From assembly GCA_000708835.1 (NCBI GenBank), contig DF237167.1:62001-126000 (forward strand): a DNA stretch of 64,000 nt, given 5' to 3'. Both the position numbers and the translations under genes were made by a program. Below, piece after piece: positions 36,900 to 48,209 of this stretch; the first letter of the stretch is position 1, and every line of letters starts with the position of its first letter. Below the pieces are notes generated by a model that was not told the DNA's origin, did not search any database, and saw only the letters and a program-made list of their open reading frames with translations. The stretch comes from Klebsormidium nitens. Its lineage: Eukaryota; Plantae; Klebsormidiophyceae.

Positions 36900-37750
36900 G
36901 AGGCAGAGCGGAAGCCTTGCTAAAGACCTGGACGTCAAAGCACAAGTGTCTGGTCGACACCTGGAGTGGGAAGTGTGGTATCAAAAGGGGACTGGAGTTC
37001 GTAAAAGACAGCGTTCTTGGAGACTGTAAAAGAGTGACCTCGAAAGTTTCCATAAGCCTTTGCCCTCCCCAACCGCTTTCCTCAGCAATTCATCCTTTCC
37101 CGTCATTCTTCCCTTCAATCTTTCCCTTCGGTTCGGCCAAGTGTAGCACATTCTGTCTCAGTCCAGCATTGTGCGCTTATCCAGCATAAACTGACACGAG
37201 GTGACTTTTTAGCAAGGGTTAGAAAAAGCAGGCAGCTCCTGCCAAAGACACTTTCTCAAAGGCGCCTTTGCAGCTTCTTTGCTCCACCAATTGTACAGCT
37301 GACGACTGATGTCACCACATTTGTTGCCACAGAAGAATCGGGGCGAATAACCTGGGGACTGCCGCATTTATTATCTTTGCTTCTCCATGCCAAGAAGGGA
37401 AAAAGCCAGTACACCATACTGGTGGCAGAAAATGGGGCAGCCAAATTCTGTCCATTGAACCTATTCCAAACCCTTCTCAAATGTCTCACCTTGTCGTTGA
37501 GGGGCTCAGCTGGTGGCCCTCAGTTGCGCCAAGACGGCAAGCCGCACCGCCTTCTTCCTGCAGCTCATTCCCACTCGGATTTGCATAGCTGGCCATGATC
37601 TTTGCTCTTGCTTTCGCACTGTGGAGATGGAAAGCGGCGGCAGCACGTTGTTCGCTGCTCGTTTGCTGACTGGGTTCAACGACTCAGAATGCCAATAGGT
37701 CACAATCACAAGAATCAGAGCAGAGCAGAGTAGAAAGCGCAGGTCAGGGA
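36900..37750 (+). mobile_element. Possible decayed tyrosine-recombinase (DIRS/Crypton-like) fragment
   Basis: Interrupted frames give RHLEWEVWYQK and LLLHAKKGKSQYTILVAENGAAKFCPLNLFQTLL, loosely resembling the lid/'CPV' region of YR integrases. Many stops; no termini seen. Confidence 0.28.
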
Positions 37751-39070
37751 ACTGAGCCTGAAACAGGCGCAGCTGGGAAAGACATGACTAAGGAAAGAAA
37801 CCGCCTCTGAAACTTGTGGCAGGGCACCACCTTCGAAACTTTATGACAATGTGAGCAGCACTTGGTTTCCCATTGCATTGGCAGTGGCGGCACGCAGCTG
37901 CATCCTGGGTTGTCGGCGTATGGTCCTCCGGTCACAGACAAGGAGGCCAAGAAGTTCCCAAAGGCAGCGCTATTTTGGCCTGTAAGCAGTATCGGCTAAG
38001 GGTATTTTTACCTACGCTCTCGAAGTTTGGAGCATTTAATGCAAGCAATGAAGATCAGACAGACTCTGCAGCCAGCCAAGATTCAGAACTTGTCACCGTT
38101 TGACAGTAAAAGTGAAACCCTAAGTCTTAATCTTCCAAAATCTGCCAGCCTCTACTTCTGCACTCCTGGAACAATTAGAGGACAGCGCCAGAGTCCTGCT
38201 TCATTGAAGAAAAACCGTGTACAGGATGAAGGCAAGCGGCCAGCTGCTGTCCACTTGCGCCTTGAGAAGACTCGAGCAAACAGCAGAGTGAATTGCCTCG
38301 AATTGGCACTATAATGACAATGTTATCAATGAGAGAGCTTCTTGCTTAATTTGGCCCCGCCAGCGCTACGTTTGGCGCCCGGTTCTGCGAAACATGGGAG
38401 ATCAGGTAAGAAGCGCGCCCAATGCTGTCTCGGATGAATCGAGGTGTCAGAATGCTTCTCACATTTTGCTTGTTTCCAGAGGTTATTAGGTCCTTTTGAA
38501 AGGGGTAGGTCATCAGGGATCCCTCAGCAGCATCACCACCGAAGTAGGCGTACTTTTGTGAGCTGTGACACTCAACATCCAAGCATTCCCAAATTACATG
38601 CGGATGTGGTATAAAAGCAACCAGGCGAGGCTGCCGACACCTAGAGCCTTTACTTGTATGTCGCTCTTCTTGAAATGGTCGTTGGTTGCACTATCTGGCT
38701 CTCTTTACCAGCATTCAGCCCTCATCAGTTCGGTGCGGATAGTTAGGCCATTCCATATCAGATCCCCGGTCCAGCCCCCTTTCAATTGGACATGTGAAGG
38801 AGAATTGTCCGCTCTTCTCTATTGGTATCTACTACCAAGCATGGGCTGAGTCTAGGGGCAAAGCTCCAAGTTTTCACGAAAATCGCGGTTTCTTCAAGCG
38901 AACCAAGGAAGGAGTCTTGAGCCACAAGAAAAGATAAACACTTGTTCTTCTTGTCTACAACCCCTGGGGAAATCTGGGTCGGTTGGGGACCAGAAATTGG
39001 GATCTAACTTTGGATGGCTTGAGCCTGATCACTCTAGCCCTTGTTCTGCAGGTTTCTCTACAGAGGAACA

Positions 39071-41136
39071 ATGAAGTCTACGGAATCTCCGAAAGATGTC
39101 GCGGCGGTGGCCAAGGGCTGGAGCAGCAGAGACGTCCGCATCTTGTTCCTTATCGTGGTGACCTTCGTTTTGATTGTCGTCGTCATGGTGCCCCTTCGCA
39201 CCAACGGCGGCATGGCTTTCCTCAATGAGAAGCCGCAGGTCAGTCATCACTGTATTCTTTACCCCACCTCTTTCAAGTGAACCATTTTAGCAGGACGGTG
39301 AACAAGAAAGAGGTCGTACCAATATGCTCAAGCCCAAAGCCACAGGGATTTGGAACGAAACATAGTGAGACGACCCGCTTCAATCAAGAAAGCTTGGTGA
39401 AGCAATTACCAGATAGGGGGTTGTGTTGATTGTGTATTGCAACTCTACTTCCTTGAGTAGGTGCGCCGTGCCCCTCCACATCGAGCTGTGTGCACGCAGA
39501 GTTGTCACCTGTTTCAAGGTGCTGCTTCTACCAGATTAATGCGAAAAGCAGACAAAGACGCTTGCTCTCTCGAGTTTGACCAAAAGGAATACGTTATTGC
39601 ATGTTTCAGGTTTCTAGGATAGAAGTTGCAGCAATTGAACCCGGAATTCCCTGGCGTCAGTACTGTGGTGCATGACTTTTGCTTGGTTTGAGGGGACTCG
39701 TGACACATTCGCGGTTAGGTGCTTTGACATCAAGAAGGGACGCTAAAATCTTGGACAGAATAGACTCGTGCTAACTTCTGGTTACTAGCTTGGGTTAGCA
39801 TTTGGCCTTCAGTAACCATTCATTTGGGTTAAGATGGTTGGAAGGTCAACTGCTCCTGGCTTGGGACCTGCTTGCGGGTTAGAGTTGGTAGCACAGCCGA
39901 TTTATCAAAGCCTAGCCTTCTCCAACGATAACTCTTCTTCAGTGGACATCACTGTTGCACGTAGGTTTAAGAAATTAGACTAAGCAACAGAATTTTTCCG
40001 AAACCAGGCCATGGAAGACACTGAGCTAGGTTAATGCCACCGGACTGCGGCACTTCCGCAAAAACGAGTCTGTCACGTTTTATGACCCTACCCCCACCAC
40101 AGGAAGTTGTGGCTGCTAACCAGGCTGAGTCCATCGACTTGAGAGTCAGGTTATAAGATATTAACCTGGATTTATCCTTGTTCCAAGGCTGGTTACTCGA
40201 GTCTGGTTAATGAACATGTAGCCACTTCCTGACCATCCCCGAAACGGCCCAGACCCATTCATTGTTAACGGCCAGAAGCTCTCGATCATTTTCCTGCAGG
40301 TTTTGGACCCAAACTGCCGCGGAGGTCTTGGCGGGCCAGAGTGCGCGCAAGAGGCGTACTGGCAGCGCACGTCGGAGAGCCTTTCTCGCTGGCGGGGTGG
40401 CTTGTTTCCGCGAATGGCGGCGCTGTATCGTGAAAGCACCCAATGCAACAAAACGGCGTGTCCTAAAAAGCCGACGGAGCCCTTAGGCCACAATCGCTTC
40501 TCTTTGTTCCAGCCCTTCGTCGACTGCCCCCCGGGCATGCCGCTCAAGCGGTGGGGAGCAAAGGGGGATGGCGGCAAGTGGCTCTGCGGCGTCGAGGTCC
40601 TGAAGGAGGGGTGCGTAATTCTTTCGCTCGGGAGCAACGGTCACTTCGACTTTGAGGATGCGATGCTCGAGAACACGCCCTGCGAGGTGCATACTTTTGA
40701 TTGCACGTATGACGGGGCTAGCCGAGGCCCGCGCCATCGTTACCACAAGCAGTGCCTGGGAAGCCCGGAAAAAGGGGCGGAAGACCCGGCGTTCATCACG
40801 CTTGCACATGCGGTGCGGGACAATGAGATCAAGGAAGTGAGCTTGCTAAAGATGGATATCGAAGGGTTCGAGTACGATGTGATGTCGCTGTGGCAGGATA
40901 GCGATCCGTTGCCCGCGCAAGTGTCGTTTGAACTGCACTACGGTGGTGTGTATGACGGCACTTGGCCGGGCCCCAAAGCCAAGACTGTCATGTGGAGTTG
41001 GCGGGATGTGAGCTTGAGCGAGTTGGTAGTCTTTATGTCGCACTTGGCAGAGTTGGGGTATGCGATTATCAACAAGGAAGATAACCCGCTGTGCCGCCAT
41101 TGCAGCGAGTTCACATTGATCAGGGTAAGGCGATAG
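39071..41136 (+). CDS. Type II membrane SAM-dependent methyltransferase (Methyltransf_22/METTL24/FkbM-like), 334 aa, 2 exons
   Basis: Exons 39071-39238 (TM segment ILFLIVVTFVLIVVVMVPL) and 40300-41136, phase 0. Motifs GDGGKWLC, ILSLGSNGHFDFE, CEVHTFD, LLKMDIEGFEYDV, PAQVSFELH. Confidence 0.88.
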
Positions 41137-42146
41137 AGGGGGGGACCTTAGAAGAAAAGAAATAGTAAAATTCCACCGACGTACACACGGCAAAGATATG
41201 TGTTAAGCCAGAAATTTTTCGAAAGTGTTTGCAGCAGCGGCTGTTTATTGTCGTCATTGTACAACATGCAGTCCTAAAGTTGCCACACATTGAAACATGG
41301 CCGTCCGATACTTCGAACTTAGTCCAGGCATGCAAGCGAAGACCGGACCGTCCGTACGTCATATCCTTAGTAAAGGTGGCAACGCGTCCGGCCGTTTTGC
41401 AGCCGGGCCTTGCGTGCAATGAAGATCGGACATGCAAATCTATGCCGACATGCAGAGACTCAATCTTGCACGGGTTCATGTTTCAGTTTGCATCAATATC
41501 ACGCCGGGTGTTTCGCTTAGGCTACGCTTGAAAGAAAACTTGAAAGCTTCAAGGCTTAGTCTCAATCATTAAATCACAATGATGACGGTGATCAATGCGT
41601 TACTTATTAGGGAAGCTCAACCAATGTGCAGCTTGCCGGGCCTGCTTCGACGCTGCACGATCGTATTGACCGATCATTCGTATGCGCCTAGAATCATGTC
41701 CACGGCGCGATAAACCGAGTCGGATACTTGTTAACCCGCGGGAGCTTTGTATAAGCTTTCATCGAGAACCGGCGGTCATTAGTGCCGCCACTCACGCATC
41801 AATGCGCTTAGTCCAAGCGTGTTAAGGCAACTTACATGCATGTGTTCGTGATTGAAGTTGACTTGAAAATTTCAACCCCGCCGATTTGTGCGAGAACGTG
41901 CGATTCAATGATTGCAACTGGGTCATTCAATTATCTTTAGAGGATGCATATGGTAATCGATTAAATACCATGTACCGAGAAACACCTGTCACCGTGTGGT
42001 TTATACTTATATGATCATGTCCGCTTTGCGTTCTAAGCTGTGTGGTGCAACTTCCAAGCGTCCTGGACTCCTTATGGACGACACCGACTGGCATACCTCA
42101 TTTGCAACACTCCGACTTCTCGACCGACCGTGACATATGCACCAAC

Positions 42147-45100
42147 TCATTTACGCTTTCCCAGAAACTGCTTGGGGTAGGGGAAGTTCTGCTGCCAACT
42201 CGCCGCTTTGTTTTTCCACCACCCCCTGTCCTGCGATCCCTGCTGAGCAGCGCACGGTTCTGGGGTAGGCAAATCTGCCACGTCGACAATCATGACGCGA
42301 TCGGTGGCCGCCAGATTGTAACTCTCCCCACCCCCGAGAATGTACCACTTGTCGTTCCAGAAAGCGGAACCGGCTCCGAAGACCGGAAACGGAAGCGGAT
42401 CAACGTGGCAGAACCTGCGCGCAGGCCATGTGTTTAGCTTTGAGCGTAAGAAGGGCGTTGGCATTCGGACCCCGTTGGCGACACGAAAGCAGGTGAAAGC
42501 TCTCCGTCGTCGCCTTGCTTGACCGCAGGTCATCAAGTGACGGGAGGCGCGCGACAGGCGTGACAGCGCTACTGCTTCGCAGCGCAGGTTGCCGGGAGAT
42601 TGAGCCCCGCTAAGCCATGTACAAAGCAAAAGCCTCGAGATGTCGAGATTCGAAACTTGTTCGAAATCTCGTTCTACTCGGTTGAGAAAACAAAAGCGCC
42701 CGAGTCTTCAGATTCGGGTGCGCCTTTACAGCTTCCTCTTTCGTCAAACAATCAACGGCTCCCGGAAAGCTTGAGAGAAACTTTTTTGAGCTCAGTTTGT
42801 GGCCTATGCCTGTGCGCTTGGATCCTACCGTCACCCGGAGCGGCTCTTTAGGCGAGCAACGAGTATGTCGCCACGTCTTCAGAGGTTTGTTTCAAGCAGA
42901 AACTGAGTTTCTGGTTCGGTACGACGCAAACCGTTTTAAGACGCAAAAGCGTTTTTTTTGCAAGCCTGCTAAATTCTGACCAAGAAGTGCATTAAAACTG
43001 TGACTTCGGAAAGGTGTAAAATTCAAATTAAACGTCGGGTCACTCAAACATCGCCACTGGCACGTGAAACGCTCTTTTTTTTTCTTTTGAGAGGCGATTT
43101 TACCTCAACATTGAAGGTGGCCAGCTCCACATATGTCCAAAGGTTCTCGAACCCAAATGAAAGGTGGCATCGAGTGAAGCTGTCGCATCTTGATGCCACA
43201 TATGAACCTGCGCTTTTCTCACCAAACGTCTCCCTCGAAGTCGTACTCGGACAGGGACGTCATCGCCATCCCGTTTGAGCCCAGATACACTTCGCCCCCT
43301 CCCGCCAACATACTCGGCCGTTTTCCCGGACGCTGAATCACGGTTACGATCGGGGCAGCTCTGGGGTTAGGCAGCGGCTGCCTCACGGACCACTGGTTAA
43401 CGGCCGGGTTATATACCGCGAGCTGGGTTATGGAGTGGCGGTAGTGGTCGTGCGTGAATTTGGGGTTAGGGGAACCGTAGCGCGGGTCGAAAGTTGACGC
43501 GCCCCCGACTGCCCAAAGCTCACCTTCGTGAGCAATTAGCACGATGTGATCTGCCGCCTGCAGAGCGCAATGAAGACAGGTGTAAGGGCAGTGAAGTTGT
43601 CATGTTGAGGTACCGTAGGATCCAATAGTGAGGTTGGAGACGGGGTTTTAGAAAGCCTGTCAGAGGGATGAGATTCAAAGGCCGCGAAATTGTCTTTTTG
43701 AGCGGTTCTGAAACTGCGCAAAGCGTGCTTCTCTGGTATCTGGAAGCTCTGAGATTCACCACAGCTCATCCTGAATTCGACTATTGGTTCGATCACGGGT
43801 CTCGATCGCGGAAGGTATTTAGAAACTCTCTATCTGCGACGCGGAAACCAGGCTCTTTCGCTGACAAAGGTAGAAGCCCAGAAGATAGACTGCGAAAATC
43901 CGGAAGCGCCCGTGACGTCATCTACAGGACCTCGGAGGGCGTATGAGGCATATCCTTTCGGCAGTAAGCGAGAAAGCCGCTTGTCGTGTTTGTCTTTCTC
44001 CCCCTCGTTTCTGACTAGACTCATCAGCTCGTATCGGGCTCTTCCGTGCCAGAACAATAATCGGCAGAGCTCCGACAAGGATGGCCCGAAAACGGAGTTT
44101 GAATAGGATGGTCTAGTGATTGGTGTGCTTGAAACCAGGGGCTCGAAACTTCGCCACAGTCCTACGACTTAGCAACGCCTGTACCCAAAAGCTATTTGAC
44201 TATGGGACGATAGTTGATCAAGAATCCTCGGCCAATCATGAATCCCTCTTGATAAAGCGGGAAGTCCCGAGAGGGCCTTAAAACGTCAGAAAATCTCTCG
44301 GTCCGTGAATCAAGTGTCAGTGGAGAAGAAGCATCACAAAATTCTAATGCTCAGCTCGAGTACGGTCCCTGATCAAGCTCCATTCAACTTCGACGCTCTC
44401 CTAGTTTCTATGGCAGAAGAATTCTGTTTGGCTTTCACGACCCTCTCAGTGGGACACGCAAACAACTGGTTAGCTGTTAGCTATTCTTCTTTCACGAAAG
44501 ACAACGTTTTAGACATAGGCGCCTTACCTCAGGAAGCGGCGCCGCATCCGACCAGCTGTCATCCCCCGGGTCATAAACCCGCACCAAGTTTCCGGTCCGT
44601 TCCTGAGGCCGCCGCCCCCCCCCACAACAGTACATAAGCTCGCCCAGAAACTCGCACGCGAACCCCCCCCGCCGCTCCCAAATAGCGCGCCCTTTCAACC
44701 CAGCTCGTTCCGCCACCCTTGACGTCCCAAGTGAAATGGAACGCGTCGTTGTTTGAAGTGCTCATGTCGCTCCAATCGGAGCTCCCGACGAGATGGACCA
44801 CCCCCCCGGGGGAAAGTGCCGCGGCCGGGTGGTGCATGAGCACCGAAAATCCGGCCCGGTTGTGACGTCACCGGTCGTCAGGTTGTAGATCGTGGTTCGA
44901 GTGCTGCCGAGCGCTATTGACCAGGAGTGCGCGGCAACTAGAACCGGGGCTTGCTCCCTGCTGACGTTGAACGAACCGAAGAGGATGACGCAGTCGCGCC
45001 AGCGCACGAAGCCCGGTTCTTCGTGGAGGGATCCCTTTAGTCCGTCTTGAATTACTCGCACTTTCAGGCCGCTTTCCGTATCTGCCTCCGTATCCGTTCC

Positions 45101-45623
45101 GGTCTTTCCCCCCGACTTCCGTTCCGTTTCCAACCCCTTTTCAGTCCCCTCAGCTATTCCCCTTTTCTCAAGCGGCTCTGCGTTTTCTCGGACGGTTGCA
45201 GCACCTTCGGGCGTATACAAAATTGAGCTCAATCCTGAATGCTCGCTGCTTCCCTCATCTCTTTGAAAGCTCTTCTTCTGACTTAGGGTGTTCTTTTCTG
45301 TGTCTGTGCTTCCCTCCTTTTGCGTCAGAGGACGTAACAGAATCGTCTGAAACTGGGCGTTCAGTTTAACGCTTTGGAGAAGTGATGCAGCCCCCACATT
45401 GCCTTACCAAACCTGACTGAAGTATTCTCCTCTCTGTGCCGTCTTCTTGTAACCCAAAACCCGCGCGTCGCGCCAGTTTGAAACCCCGGTAACCAGCAAA
45501 AGTTCCGGTGACTAGGGCTACCAAACCCAGAAAAAGCACTGGGGAGACGAAAGCCGCCCGGATCCTAGTAGAGTTCGTTGAGCTCCTCCGAGCCCGGACC
45601 GGCTGGGAGCTAGGTGACTTCAT
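42147..45623 (-). pseudogene. Second Kelch-repeat membrane protein paralog with three frameshifts in exon 1 (pseudogene or sequencing errors)
   Basis: Same three-exon structure as 11693-14054: 45623-44528, 43557-43223, 42414-42147. Relative to the paralog there is a +1 near 45406, a -1 near 44845 and a +1 in a G-run near 44665. Exons 2-3 are intact. Confidence 0.75.
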
Positions 45624-47359
45624 TGGATGCCGAAATTGGGCACCTTTTGTTGCGTCAGAGCAGGTACTGGGCGAATCTAACTTTAACAAGTTTGAAGCAC
45701 CCCACATATGGAAGATGATCGCCCCCAGCGCGGGCGCGACTGTCTAGAAGCCCATCTGTCCTTTTGGGCCGGGTTAATCAAGCTGCTTCAATTGAACGTT
45801 TACTTCACTCTTTAGTTAAGGAGAGCCCTGTTCTCTGATAGTTGGGCCGTCGCTCACAAATAAGCGGTATGTTGACAACGTTTGACCAAAAGTATACGCG
45901 AAAAGAGCGTTAGAATCGAGTCGCGATCGGGCGCCTTTGTTCTAGGATTCTAAAGGAGGGTGCAGAATCAACGGGGGCTGTAAAAGTAGGCATGCTACAA
46001 GGAAGATTGCGCTCAGAAAGCAAGGGTCACGTGCAAGGGGCTACTATGTCCTTATCCCTACAGAATCGAAGGAAAAAGGGGTGGCATACCTATCCAAACA
46101 CGTTCCCTATTTCTGTGTCTTACCATCAGGCTAAGATGGTGTTGTGTATTGAAATGGAGAGCGCAAGCGTAAAGATAAGGCTTGAATCACCAATTAATGC
46201 TGCAGACATGTATTTCTATTGTGAACTTAGCAGTGCCGCAAATCTTTGTAGACCGTCCGGCCTGACCGGATGATCATGACTGGGCTTGATGACCAGGCTT
46301 CCGAATTCATGATAAATCTCCACAATACAATCTGATTGCAGGGACGTCATCTGGATCATGCTGAAGTCAGCGATCTGCTGGGTGCTCTGCTGCACAAACC
46401 GGTGCTAACCCCAAGTATAGGTTCATTGCAGCAGTTGGTATAATTCCAAAAGACCTGTCTCAGAACTCTAGCGGTTCACATGGGCCCGAGTACTTCAAGG
46501 CTTGAGCGCCAAACTTGCAATCCGTATTCCCGTATCGACACCATGCCAAGATTCAAATCACCATGATCTGATCCTTAGCTCCCCAGCTCCCCTCTGTGCT
46601 AAGGCTTATCAGGTTATATGTATGATGGTGTTACGAGTACAGTGATGAGCTTAGAAAAACGACAGATTCAGGAGATGAATCGTTCTCATCATGTATCGTT
46701 GTACCTGCACGCTGTGTTGTCATCTCGGGTAGACTCACACCACGGCGATGTTCACGAATTGCGGTATGTGCACGCACTTCTACTATAACATGCACATCCG
46801 AAATGCTAGTAGATACCAGTGCATGGTTCCTCTGACATACGTACGTGCCGCGGCCTAGTACTACGCCCCAGGTAAGATCAATATTAGCTGACGAGCGTGC
46901 CGCCCCTTCCTTCAGCTGATAGCCTCAGGTTCAATGCATCTGCGCATATGCCATGCACGCTGCCATGCCACTCGCACATGACCTATGACCTGGCAAACAG
47001 CAATATCTGTTGACTGGGCTCAGCGGCTGGACCCTCATGCGCAAGCTAGATTTCATAAAGCTGACAGTGATATAATGCAACTATCCAGGCGGACCGCAGA
47101 ACTTCGCGATGGTCGAAACCGCAGCGCTACCGTCCGATTTCAACATATGGACTCCAGTCTGCAACCTTTAGCCAGGGGGTCGCAAACTTTGGCAGGACCG
47201 GTTCCAATACTGGGGTTCAGACAAACCTTGCCTAACCAAATATAAACGAAAGATCGAGAGCGTTCATTTTTTGACGTCAGAATCTGAACGGCAGCGCTGC
47301 GATTCCTGGTCGTCCCCCAGCCATTTTGTAGTTCTGCCGTCCGCCTGTATCTAGCCTGC

Positions 47360-47432
47360 TACAGTAGCTGGCCTGATTTACTACCGGAATATCGGCGATT
47401 AAAGTCTAGTGCACTCCCACTGCACCACTGTA
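47360..47432 (-). pseudogene. Degenerate tRNA-like sequence (pseudo-tRNA or SINE head)
   Basis: 73 nt; TACAGTG/TACTGTA acceptor-like stem, GTGCA-GTGGGAG-TGCAC D-like arm, broken anticodon arm (CTAGACTTTAATC), decayed T-arm. Confidence 0.33.
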
Positions 47433-48209
47433 CTATCAAGCCTCGCCCCTTCTCTACACCTTCTTTAATTCCGATCCCAGGTCTGCTGCGAAAGGATACG
47501 GACTTTGAGAATGTCCGACTATGGTGAACCAGCTCCATCATGGTCCACCTAGGATCTAGGACAAAACTTGACCTAATAGAAACTCAGTGGCCGGTTCCCC
47601 TGCAACCAATCTCGTGTATTTTCCGCGCGCGCTCTAAAACGTGACTTATCATCGAACGGCCTCGGGGCTTCTCAGCAGGTTATGGACGGCGCTGCTAGCG
47701 CCAGATTCGAACACGAAAGAAATTTCAGCGACTCCCCCGGTAGGCCGAAAAGTACAGTAAAACCGGTAGCGCGGTGATAACGTGTCGACGATTATTCTTT
47801 TACCTACTTGTACACTTGTATTTAATATGTGTTCTGAGTCCTAACTTGACTGCCGTCCTAAAGCGCGTCAAAAGGCGTCATATTACCACCGGGCATTTGC
47901 CCCTTGCGCCTTTTCCGGGTTTATATTTACACAGGCATTACATCAGCACCTGCGGGCACAATTATTGCGTCGCTGCATGGACCCACGAAGCGGCATGTGG
48001 CAATTGCTCGGAAGCAAGCTATTCTAGTAGAGAAGCCGCGCTAGCAAGCCGAGCTTTGACCTTGGACCTTGGTCGTTCTTCTTCAAAATTTGTCAAGCAA
48101 TCTTTTGCGAAGGCGTCAAGTTCATGCTTGGCTGCCAACATAGAATCTGACTTGTTGAATCCGTCTTCTCACTCCCTTTCTCCATTCAGAAAGGTTAACC
48201 CAGAAAGCA

